This document shows positions 9,079 to 17,453 of a stretch of 25,781 nt of DNA, one piece after another; the first letter of the stretch is position 1; each line of letters begins with the position of its first letter. The translations under genes were made by a program, and so were the position numbers. The notes below the pieces were generated by a model. The model had not been told where the DNA came from and ran no database searches. It saw nothing but the letters and a program-made list of their open reading frames with translations. Source of the stretch: Candidatus Krumholzibacteriia bacterium (GTDB lineage: Bacteria > Krumholzibacteriota > Krumholzibacteriia > LZORAL124-64-63); assembly GCA_046484865.1 (NCBI GenBank), contig JAWOID010000093.1, positions 1 through 25,781 on the forward strand, given 5' to 3'.

Positions 9079-12000
9079 TGTCCGCCGCGCCGCCGCGGGC
9101 GGCCTGCTGCTCTCCGCGCTCCTGCTGCTGGCCGCGCTCCTGCCGCCGGTTCCGGCGGCCGCGCAGTCGAATCTGAGCGTGGTCACGCAGGTGACGGGGA
9201 CGGTGGGCTACGATCTGGGCTCGCTGGCGGATCGGGTGCGGGTGACGCTCATCGCCGGCGGACCCGACGTCGCCGCCGACAACGTGCTCGTCATGCGGAT
9301 GCTGGGGGACAACGGCGTGGAGATCCGCACGCCGCCGGACTTCAACCCCGGCGAACCGTTCCCGGTCTCGGTGCGTCCCGGCATGCCCGTGGTGCTCACG
9401 GGTGCCGACCTGTACGACTACTTCGACCCCGGCCAGCTCCTGTTCCACGGTCTGAGCCAGGCCGATTACTACGACCACGGCCTGCCGCCTGGCGACTACC
9501 GCATCTGCTTCCAGTCGATCTGCCCGAGCTGGCTGTGTCCCGACGGGCAGATCACCTGGACGCCCGAGCCGCCGGCCGGCTGCAGCAACACCTTCACCAT
9601 TCGCGCCCTGGAACCGCCTTACCTCACGAATCCGCCCTGCGGCGAGGTGATCACGCCGGGCGCGCTGCAATCGATCGTGTTCGCCTGGACGCCGGCGCCG
9701 GGAACGCCGCCCGCGACCACCACCTACGAGCTGGAGCTGGTCGAGATGGTCGATCCGGGCATGCAACCGGACGAGGCCATGGCCACCGCCACCACGCCTC
9801 CCTTCTTCCGGCGGGAGGTCCAGGGCACCTCGCTGTTCTACGGGCCGTCCGAGCCGATGCTGGAACCCGGCCGGCGTTATGCCTGGCGGGTGACGGTGCG
9901 CAACGGAGAACTGAACCTGCCCTTCGCCAACGACGGACGCAGCGAGGCCTGCGCCTTCACCTGGGGCGGGAGCACGATCTCCCTGATCCCGATCGGCGTG
10001 CCCGCGCTGGTCGCCGACGTGGAGCCGGAATTCTCGGCCTCCCGGTTCCCGCTGGCGCCCTGGAGCACGGTCCGGGGCAAGCTGCGCTACAAGTTCATGC
10101 CCCATGGCGACGACGGCGGCGCCGGCGACACGGGATCGTCCGGCTCGACCGGCTCCGGCGGCACGTCCGGATCAGGCGCGATGCATGGCGCGATCGAATC
10201 GTCCGGCGCGGCCGGAGCGACCGGCGTCGCCGGAGCGATCGGCGAGTTTCAAGCCACCGGTCTGGCGGGATCGAACTCGGCGAACACGGGCGCCATCCAG
10301 CTCCACGACCCCTTTGCGCCCTGGTACAACGACGGTGCGGTCGATCCGAGCGGCGCGAAGGCGCTGTCGGGGGTCTCGGTGAGCCTCGTGCTCACCTACC
10401 GGCTGCTCGACGGAGCCTTGGGGCCGATCAGCATCGGCAGCGAGTCCGAGATCGTGCTGAACAAGGCGGATCTGGTGCAGGACGGCTACGACGCCGGTCA
10501 GATCGAGTCGCTCTTCCCGGGCATCGACCAGGTCATGGCCACCACCACCACCGGCGCCGACGGGTCGTTCGCGTTCCAGTTCGTGCAGACCCCCGAGCTG
10601 GGGCTCGTCGAGAGAGACCTGCGGGTCGGCCTCGCAAACTCGACCAGCAGCATGCTGTACGAGGCGAAGGCCGCCCAGGTGACCCGCACGCTGCGCCTGA
10701 TCGTCGAGAGCCATTATTACTGCAGCCCCGAGAAGGACATCGTCACCGAGCCCTGGGTCGATACCGATGCGGGGACTCTCGTTTCCTACGTGAGATCTTA
10801 CCGATTCCAGATCAAGGCCGCGACGGATCCCATCTGGAAGAACCAGGCCGCGGTGGGCGCGATTCCGGGAGCGACGGTCTACATCCTGCGCAAGACCGCA
10901 CCCCACGCCGAGATCCCGTCGGACGAGGGCGGGCCTTCCGTGCACGGCACGCTCCAGCTCTCGCAGGGAACGTTCCGCATCGTCGATCGGGGTCAGACCG
11001 ACGACGAGGGGAAAATCGTGTTCACGCGGCTGGTGCACCCGTGGTCCGCCGCGGACGCCTATTACTACTATGTCGAGACCTCGAAGACGAAGGGCAATTA
11101 CATCTACCAGCCGAGGCTGGGGCACCACAACAACCCGGTGATCATTCATGCCTACCCGATCCTCAACAGCGAGTTCAACCTGGACGGCCTGTTCAGGCGC
11201 ACGGCGTTCCTCTCGCCTGACCATCCCCGGATCTTCGGCCGGGTGATGGATCTCGCCAACACGAACACTCCCATTCCCGGCGCGTCGCTCATCCTGCACA
11301 ACGACTACGGCCCCGGGGCGCTCGGCGGCGACCCTCGCTTCCAGTTCGCCACCAGCGGCAATCAGGGCTACTTCGAGTACAACGGGCTCGACGTCCACGA
11401 GGAGGGCGGCCAGCTGCAGGGGCCGGAGCGGACCCTGGGCGCTTTCAAGGCCGGCTACAAGCCGTGGCAGAAGTTCCTCGGCATCCTCGCCTGGGGTCGC
11501 CAGGTGGACCTCACCGCCGAGGTGAAGCTCGCCCCGGAGGGGCAGGTGAGCGGTGCGATCGTCGACGCCGAGACCGGCGTCGCCGTGCCCGCCGACGTGC
11601 ACTTCGACGCCGGCATCACCACCCGGACCACCTGGTTCTTCGGCGGTCAGATCTTCTGGCTGCACGTGCCCTCCGGCAACGGCCAGAAGATCACGGTCGT
11701 ACCTCACGACACCGATTACGAGCCGCGCACCTTTACCCGCGACATTCCCGCAAGCGACACCGTGGTCAACCTGGGCGAGTTCGGGGTGACCCGCAAGCGC
11801 CACCGGCTGATGGTGAAGGTGCTGCGCGGCGTGCCCTCGAGCGGCACCATGATGATGATGCCGCAGCTGCAGCCGCTGGCGAACGCGACGGTGAAGATCC
11901 TGGGCCACGAAGCGACCACGGACCCGCGGGGGACCGCCGTGCTCGTCTTCGACAGCAACGCCACGACGTTCCTGGCCCGGGTCTCGCCCCCGGAGGACGC

Positions 12001-14845
12001 CGATCATGTCACGCGCGACGCGTCCCTGTTCAACGTCCCCACCACGGCGTTCGTGCAGTACCAGGTGGTGCTGCCGCCCGCGGCGCGCATCTCCGGAACG
12101 GTGACGGTGGGCGGCGCGGCGCCGGCCCAGGGCGCCAGGGTGTTCGTGAGCACAGGCAGCGGGCCCGGCGTGGTGCCTATCGAGACGACCACGGCCGACG
12201 ACGGCCGCTACACCCTGCGCGGCATCCCGCTGGAGCCGGCCACGGTGACCGTGCACGCCACGCGCTCGTCCCAGACCACCACCTACGTGGGCGACTCCGA
12301 GACGATCACCGTGCCCACCTCCGCGGCGGTGGACCTCGACCTGACCATCTACGAGGACATGGACATCACCCGGCTGCTGGGCTTCCCCATCGAGATCGTC
12401 GCGCTGGGGGAGACCGGCGGCGGCAACGTGACGATCGACGGGGCCTTCGTGAACCTGCCGGCCAACGCAGGCTTCGCTCTGGCCGACGCGCAGACCGTCC
12501 TGCCCTTCCACGGGGTGGCGCTGAAGCCGGGCTCCGCCACCAACGCGGCGGGGGTGCCCCACGCGGTGCCGCAGTCGGTCCCGGTCGTCACCGAGACCCC
12601 GTCCCTGGACCTGCGCCTGTACGACGCCTTCAACGTCGCGGCGCGACCGGCGCAGCCGGGCGGACTGATGACGGTGGACCGTGTTTCCGACACCGAGGGA
12701 CGCATCCGCGCCCGCGTCCGCATCGACGCGAACAGCTTCTCCTTCTCCACCAACAGCGTCGACCTGGGGCCCGGACCCGCGCTGGCGGGACAGAACGGTC
12801 TGGTGACCGTGTTCGCGTCCGACCCGGCGACGGTGGACGCCGACCGCTACCTGCTGGCGGGCCAGAACGGCACCTTCGCCTACCGGCTGTACAATTTCGC
12901 GGCGACGGCCCCGCAGGCGCAGGCCTACGTGCGCGGCGACACCATCGCGTTGAAGACCACCCTGCAGGCCGACGTGGGCAAATCCGGTCCGCTGCCGGTG
13001 GAGGTGGCGGCCGGCTGGGTGCGCATCCACACGTCCGGCGTCGACCCGGTGGCCGGTGCGGGCCCCCTGTCGATCGGGCTGGAGCAGTGGCAGGTCACGG
13101 GCACCGACTGGGAACTGGGTGCCGGCACCAACGGCGTGGTGTGCGCCACGGGCACCATCGACACCGGACCGGTCACGGTGCCGGTGAAGGGTCTGCACGT
13201 CAAGCCGCACGACCTGATCATCGACACGGTGGATCTGCAGAACATCTCCCTCTCGGGCGTCGCCCCGCTGACGGTCCTGACACAGAACGCCGGCTTCGGC
13301 TACGATCCGCAGGTGGGCGAGGATCACCAGGGTCACTGGAAGCTCTCGCTGCTGCCCCAGGGCGCCACCCCCGCCGCGCGGCTCACGGACCTGCCCGGCA
13401 TGGCGCCCGGCGCAGACTTCACGTTCCAGTCCATCGACCTGCTCAGCAACGGCGAGCAGCAGATCGGATTCGGCGCCGAAGCGCCCGACGTCACCTTCTA
13501 CGACGTGTTCCGCTTCACGCCCGGCAATCTGGTGAGCTACGACGACTTCTTCGAGATCGCCGGCACGGTGGACCTGGGCGTGCCGCGCCTGGCCGCCAGC
13601 TACCAGGCGATCCTGGCCTTCAAGCAGTCCGACGGCGGCATCCAGCTGCGTCTCACGCCCATCCCGTTCGCGTTCGACGCGCCGGGCAAGGTCACCTTGA
13701 CGGCGATCCAGGCGACCGGAGCGCAGACCCTCGACACCGGCGGGTTCACGGCGGCCTGCACCCTGAAGGACGAGGAGGGCATCGTCCTGAAGACCCGGCT
13801 GCACCGCACGCCGCAGGCCACCTGGCTGCAGGTCGATCCGGCCAACCAGTCGCTGCCCATCGGCGAGGACCTCACCTATCTGTCGGCCATCACCGGCGAG
13901 ATGCGCGTGCAGAGCGCCACCCAGGACTGGAGCAAGTTCACCTTCGCAGGCGACATGAGCGGCGTGAAGGGGATGGAGGGCGACACCCGCAAGACCTTCA
14001 CCATCCACGGCGACATCACCGCCGACAACGAGTCGATTTCCGTGCGGAACATCCCCTCCGGTTTCGGCAACATCGGCCTCACGTACGACTACGCCAACGC
14101 GCGCATGACCGGCACGCTGGAGATCGACAAGTCGTTCTCCGGGATGCACGTCCGGGGCCTGGCGAACCTGCTGGTGGACGGCGACGGATGGTACATGCTG
14201 ACCGGCGGCGATCTCACCCTGCCCGGCTTCGGGGACCTGCAGGCGGGCCTCCTGATCGGCGACTACGCCACGATGCCGCCGGAGGTGGCGGCCAAGCTCA
14301 TGTCCTTCGCCTACGACAAGAACGTGCCGCCGGGGTACCAGACCGGCATTTCGGGCTTCTTCTTCACCGGCCGCAAGAACATACCGCAGCTCAGCATCCC
14401 CGACGCGGGGTTCAACCTGGGTGTGGTCAGCGCCCGTTTCGGCGGCGAGACCGGTCTGGACGGGCGGGTCTGGATGAGCTTCGACGGGCCCGGCACCGAG
14501 CTCGGCATCGGCGCCATGGGGTTCATCAGCGCCTACTTCATCGCATCGAGCATCACCTGCACCTCGCTCGCAGGGGCGGCGACGGCGGAGATGGGACAGC
14601 AGGGCACGCTCAACACCTCCGGCCAGTTCGAGCTGAGCGGCTGCGGGAGCCTCACGGTGCATGGCAGCGTGGAGCAGTGCGTGCCGACCCCGTCGCTGGA
14701 CGGGGTCTCGTGCGAGCTGTGCACGGGCATCAGCGTGGAGAAGTCGCTGAAACTCACCATGTCCATGGGTTCGTCCGGCGTGGACGCCGGCATCGGCCTG
14801 GGGACCTGTTCGGGCAACGAGACGGGTCTGAGTTCGGGATGGTAG
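9062..14845 (+). CDS. Giant secreted multidomain protein (1927 aa): TANFOR-like N-terminal region, about six carboxypeptidase-regulatory/Cna-B-like Ig domains, long beta-rich C-terminal half
   Basis: ATG overlaps the barrel gene end by 17 nt; signal peptide ends ...PVPAAA|Q. The N-terminal GDNGVEIRT...LTGADL..YF...GLPPGDYRICF...EPP.L..P...IVFAWTP...YGP..P.L..G..YAWRV...F.N.G.SE pattern resembles TANFOR-domain proteins (recognition from memory). Repeated G.V.....P..GA.V...TT..DG.F/Y motifs in the middle. Confidence 0.85.
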   Translation: MHTRSDVRRAAAGGLLLSALLLLAALLPPVPAAAQSNLSVVTQVTGTVGYDLGSLADRVRVTLIAGGPDVAADNVLVMRMLGDNGVEIRTPPDFNPGEPFPVSVRPGMPVVLTGADLYDYFDPGQLLFHGLSQADYYDHGLPPGDYRICFQSICPSWLCPDGQITWTPEPPAGCSNTFTIRALEPPYLTNPPCGEVITPGALQSIVFAWTPAPGTPPATTTYELELVEMVDPGMQPDEAMATATTPPFFRREVQGTSLFYGPSEPMLEPGRRYAWRVTVRNGELNLPFANDGRSEACAFTWGGSTISLIPIGVPALVADVEPEFSASRFPLAPWSTVRGKLRYKFMPHGDDGGAGDTGSSGSTGSGGTSGSGAMHGAIESSGAAGATGVAGAIGEFQATGLAGSNSANTGAIQLHDPFAPWYNDGAVDPSGAKALSGVSVSLVLTYRLLDGALGPISIGSESEIVLNKADLVQDGYDAGQIESLFPGIDQVMATTTTGADGSFAFQFVQTPELGLVERDLRVGLANSTSSMLYEAKAAQVTRTLRLIVESHYYCSPEKDIVTEPWVDTDAGTLVSYVRSYRFQIKAATDPIWKNQAAVGAIPGATVYILRKTAPHAEIPSDEGGPSVHGTLQLSQGTFRIVDRGQTDDEGKIVFTRLVHPWSAADAYYYYVETSKTKGNYIYQPRLGHHNNPVIIHAYPILNSEFNLDGLFRRTAFLSPDHPRIFGRVMDLANTNTPIPGASLILHNDYGPGALGGDPRFQFATSGNQGYFEYNGLDVHEEGGQLQGPERTLGAFKAGYKPWQKFLGILAWGRQVDLTAEVKLAPEGQVSGAIVDAETGVAVPADVHFDAGITTRTTWFFGGQIFWLHVPSGNGQKITVVPHDTDYEPRTFTRDIPASDTVVNLGEFGVTRKRHRLMVKVLRGVPSSGTMMMMPQLQPLANATVKILGHEATTDPRGTAVLVFDSNATTFLARVSPPEDADHVTRDASLFNVPTTAFVQYQVVLPPAARISGTVTVGGAAPAQGARVFVSTGSGPGVVPIETTTADDGRYTLRGIPLEPATVTVHATRSSQTTTYVGDSETITVPTSAAVDLDLTIYEDMDITRLLGFPIEIVALGETGGGNVTIDGAFVNLPANAGFALADAQTVLPFHGVALKPGSATNAAGVPHAVPQSVPVVTETPSLDLRLYDAFNVAARPAQPGGLMTVDRVSDTEGRIRARVRIDANSFSFSTNSVDLGPGPALAGQNGLVTVFASDPATVDADRYLLAGQNGTFAYRLYNFAATAPQAQAYVRGDTIALKTTLQADVGKSGPLPVEVAAGWVRIHTSGVDPVAGAGPLSIGLEQWQVTGTDWELGAGTNGVVCATGTIDTGPVTVPVKGLHVKPHDLIIDTVDLQNISLSGVAPLTVLTQNAGFGYDPQVGEDHQGHWKLSLLPQGATPAARLTDLPGMAPGADFTFQSIDLLSNGEQQIGFGAEAPDVTFYDVFRFTPGNLVSYDDFFEIAGTVDLGVPRLAASYQAILAFKQSDGGIQLRLTPIPFAFDAPGKVTLTAIQATGAQTLDTGGFTAACTLKDEEGIVLKTRLHRTPQATWLQVDPANQSLPIGEDLTYLSAITGEMRVQSATQDWSKFTFAGDMSGVKGMEGDTRKTFTIHGDITADNESISVRNIPSGFGNIGLTYDYANARMTGTLEIDKSFSGMHVRGLANLLVDGDGWYMLTGGDLTLPGFGDLQAGLLIGDYATMPPEVAAKLMSFAYDKNVPPGYQTGISGFFFTGRKNIPQLSIPDAGFNLGVVSARFGGETGLDGRVWMSFDGPGTELGIGAMGFISAYFIASSITCTSLAGAATAEMGQQGTLNTSGQFELSGCGSLTVHGSVEQCVPTPSLDGVSCELCTGISVEKSLKLTMSMGSSGVDAGIGLGTCSGNETGLSSGW

Positions 14846-14870
14846 ACGACCCAACGAGCGGAGAGACGAC

Positions 14871-17138
14871 ATGAACGCGAGCGGACAGGCCGGGCGGCGG
14901 CGCCGTGTGACTCCAGCCGGCGGGAACCGGCCCCCCGAGATCCGGGGCGGCGAGATCCGGGGCGGCGGGAACCGGGGCGGCCACCGCCGCACCCCGGCTC
15001 CGGCCGTGGCCCTGGCGCTGGTGCTGGCGGTGGCGACGTGCGCAGCCGGCGTCGGCCCGGCTGCGGCTGCGGCGGCTGCGGCTGCCGGCGATGGGGCCGC
15101 GGGCGGCCTCGCGGTGGCCACCCCCCGGGGCGTGTGGATCTCGCTGGGTGCGGCGATCCCCCGGGACCTGCCGTATGACATCGCGCGCGCCGCCGGCGAC
15201 GGCGAGTACGCGCGGCTGGCGAGCGTGGACGCCCCCGGCTCGCAGGCCGACGTCGCCGCGCGCGCCGCCGCGTTCATGCCCTACTTCGAGGGGTTGCCTG
15301 TCCTGGCTGCGGAGGCGGTCGAGCGGATGTGGACGTACATCGCCGGCAACGACGACGTCTCGCGTCTCGCCGAGCAGAACGTCCCGGTCGCTCACCTGGT
15401 GGCCGGGACGGCGTTCCTCGACACGACCGTCGCCGCGGGAGCCGTGTACCGTTACCGCGTGGAGCGCGGCGAGACCGTCGTGACCACGCGACCCGTGGCG
15501 TACCCGGCAGAAGCCGCCGGACCGGTGCTCGGCGACCTCGTCCGCGCCGATGCCGGGGGCGGCACAGCCTCGATCGTCTGGCGCCTGCCCGACGGCAGCG
15601 AGCCCGGCGGCGTGATCGCTCGCCGGCGCACCGCGCGCAAGGGCGATTTCGGGCCTTGCGGCGCCGTGGCCGGCTTCTATCGCGACGAGCACGGCGCCCA
15701 TGCCGTCATCTACGATCGCACCGTCGAGCCCGACGCCGTCTACGAGTACACGGCCACTCTGGTCGACGCCTTCGGCAATCCCGGTCCCGCGTCGGCGCCG
15801 GCCGCGGTGACGACCTTCGCCGAAAGCGACGTGGCCCTGGTCATCGGCTTCGCCGCCGAGGACCTCGGTGATCATCGCGTGCGGTTGAGCTGGACCCTGA
15901 GCGGTGACGGTTACGAGCGCGGTATCGTGATCTACCGCAGCGAGTCCTTCGCTGGTCCGTTCTCCCGGCTGGCCGGTCTGCCGCCGGGAACCCGCGAATA
16001 CGAGGATGTCGTGCCGATCGCCAACGAGAACGCCTACTACCGGATCGGCGTGAGCGGTGCCCTGGAGGAGGCGCTCTCGGCCACGGTCGCGGCCATGTCC
16101 ACGCGTGCGCCCGCGCCTCTGTCGCCCCAGGACGTGCGGGCCGAGCCCGCCGGCGCCGGCGTGCGGGTGACGTGGGAGGGCCTCGGTCCCCACATCATCG
16201 GCTACCAGGTGTATCGCTCGCGCGGGGGCGACGACTGGCGCCAGGTGTCGGGGCTGGTGACGTCGGATTCCTCGGCGGCAGCCTTCGTCGACACCACGTC
16301 GGGCCTGAGCGGCCGGGCGGTCTACCGGTACGCGGTGCGCGCGGTCGGTGACGGTTACGATCTCAGCGAGCTGTCGGAGTGGGCATCGGCCGTTCCGGCG
16401 ATCGACTACGACCTCGCAGCGCCGATGAACCTGCGCAGCGTGATCGACAGCACCCGCGTGAGGCTCTTCTGGGACGACCTGTCGGCCCGCGAGCCCACCC
16501 TGGCGGGATACGACGTGTTCCGGCGCGTGGTCGGCGGCGGCCGCGATGGCGCGGGCGCGGGCGGCGGCGCAGGCGCGGGTTCAGGCGCAGGCGCGGGTGT
16601 CGGCGCAGGCGGAGGTTCGGGTGCAGACGCGAGTGCGGGTGCGGGTGGGGGCCCCGATGGCGCACCCGGCGGCGACTTCGAGCTGGTCCACAGCAGCGGG
16701 TTCGCGCCGCGCGTCAACTACTGGATCGACGACACCGCCGCGCCCGGCACGACCTACGCCTACGTGGTGCAGGCGTACGACGTCAACGAGGTGCGCAGCG
16801 CCATGAGCACGCCCCACGCGGTCCGCACACCGGCGGCAGTGCCCCTGCCCGCGCCCGCCTCGCTGAGTGTCGTACCGGTGGACGGCGGCTTGTCGGTGTC
16901 ATGGGGCGAGGTGTTCGACGAGCGCGTGGCCGGGTACCGGGTCTACCGCACCGTCGCCGGCCGCGAGAGCGGCACCGGCGCCGCGGCACCGGCGGTCGCG
17001 GTGGACCGCTCCACCCTGTCCTGGATCGATGCGGACGCGCAGCCCGGCAACACGTACATCTACGGCGTGACCGCCGTCGACCCGAGCGGCACCGAAAGCG
17101 AGCCGAGTTCGCCGGCGACGGGGCGACTCGGGCGTTGA
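14871..17138 (+). CDS. Secreted fibronectin type III repeat protein, 755 aa
   Basis: GGAGAG RBS; starts 25 nt after the giant gene stop. Hydrophobic signal segment AVALALVLAVA. Six [FYW]xD...YxYxV-type motifs (FLDTTV..YRYRV, IYDRTV..YEYTA, YEDVV..YYRI, FVDTT..YRYAV, WIDDT..YAYVV, WIDAD..YIYGV) plus V.W...GY.VYR motifs. Confidence 0.88.
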   Translation: MNASGQAGRRRRVTPAGGNRPPEIRGGEIRGGGNRGGHRRTPAPAVALALVLAVATCAAGVGPAAAAAAAAAGDGAAGGLAVATPRGVWISLGAAIPRDLPYDIARAAGDGEYARLASVDAPGSQADVAARAAAFMPYFEGLPVLAAEAVERMWTYIAGNDDVSRLAEQNVPVAHLVAGTAFLDTTVAAGAVYRYRVERGETVVTTRPVAYPAEAAGPVLGDLVRADAGGGTASIVWRLPDGSEPGGVIARRRTARKGDFGPCGAVAGFYRDEHGAHAVIYDRTVEPDAVYEYTATLVDAFGNPGPASAPAAVTTFAESDVALVIGFAAEDLGDHRVRLSWTLSGDGYERGIVIYRSESFAGPFSRLAGLPPGTREYEDVVPIANENAYYRIGVSGALEEALSATVAAMSTRAPAPLSPQDVRAEPAGAGVRVTWEGLGPHIIGYQVYRSRGGDDWRQVSGLVTSDSSAAAFVDTTSGLSGRAVYRYAVRAVGDGYDLSELSEWASAVPAIDYDLAAPMNLRSVIDSTRVRLFWDDLSAREPTLAGYDVFRRVVGGGRDGAGAGGGAGAGSGAGAGVGAGGGSGADASAGAGGGPDGAPGGDFELVHSSGFAPRVNYWIDDTAAPGTTYAYVVQAYDVNEVRSAMSTPHAVRTPAAVPLPAPASLSVVPVDGGLSVSWGEVFDERVAGYRVYRTVAGRESGTGAAAPAVAVDRSTLSWIDADAQPGNTYIYGVTAVDPSGTESEPSSPATGRLGR
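14937..14981 (+). repeat. 3 x 15-bp tandem repeat (EIRGG EIRGG GNRGG) in the FnIII protein n-region
   Basis: gagatccggggcggc twice exactly, then gggaaccggggcggc. Confidence 0.85.
16533..16673 (+). repeat. Gly/Ala low-complexity insert (GAGAGG/GAGAGS-like) inside an FnIII domain
   Basis: Encodes GGGRDGAGAGGGAGAGSGAGAGVGAGGGSGADASAGAGGGPDGAPGG between YDVFRRVV and DFELV. Confidence 0.85.
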
Positions 17139-17188
17139 TCGGGGCTTCGCGGCCGGTGATCTCGTCGCGGCCTTGCTGGCGGCCCCCG

Positions 17189-17395
17189 CCCAGAGTCCCC
17201 AGGGTCCACAGCGCAGCCTGCCTTCGGCGACCGGGCGCGGCCGGCGGCCCAGCCGGCGCCCCGGCGCCCGCGCCCCAGCCGGCGCCCCAGTGTACCCGGG
17301 TCCACAGCATAGCCTGCACCCGGCGACCGGGAGCGGCCCGCGGCCCCGGCGGCGCCCCGGCGCCCGCGCCCGGGGCACCCCGCGCCCAGCAGTCC
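17189..17395. repeat. Intergenic ~96-bp imperfect direct repeat (two copies plus a short third start)
   Basis: gggtccacagc at 17202 and 17298. Each is followed by agcctgc, cggcgaccggg and ggcgccccggcgcccgcgccc. cccag unit starts at 17189, 17286 and 17385. Confidence 0.85.
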
Positions 17396-17453
17396 GCGCC
17401 CTGGCGCCCGGCACGACCCGAATCGTATCGACATTCGAGGCGGCCGGCGTCCG

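Noticed and set aside
11464..14874. 1136-aa same-strand alternative-frame ORF (also 9535-11220)
   Set aside because: Arg/Gly/Pro-dominated off-frame translation inside the giant gene.
14871..15045. Tat signal or lipobox in the FnIII protein (GRRRRV, VATC)
   Set aside because: Neither matches consensus well (no RRxFL; Thr at -1), so only generic export is claimed.
10172..15277. 1701-aa antisense ORF
   Set aside because: Shadow of the giant gene. Strong G/C third-position bias removes antisense stops, and the translation has no recognisable motifs.
17139..17453. CRISPR array or small CDS (17173-17478) in the repeat region
   Set aside because: Only two full units with no unique spacers and no cas genes; the ORF is simply a translation of the GC-rich repeat.
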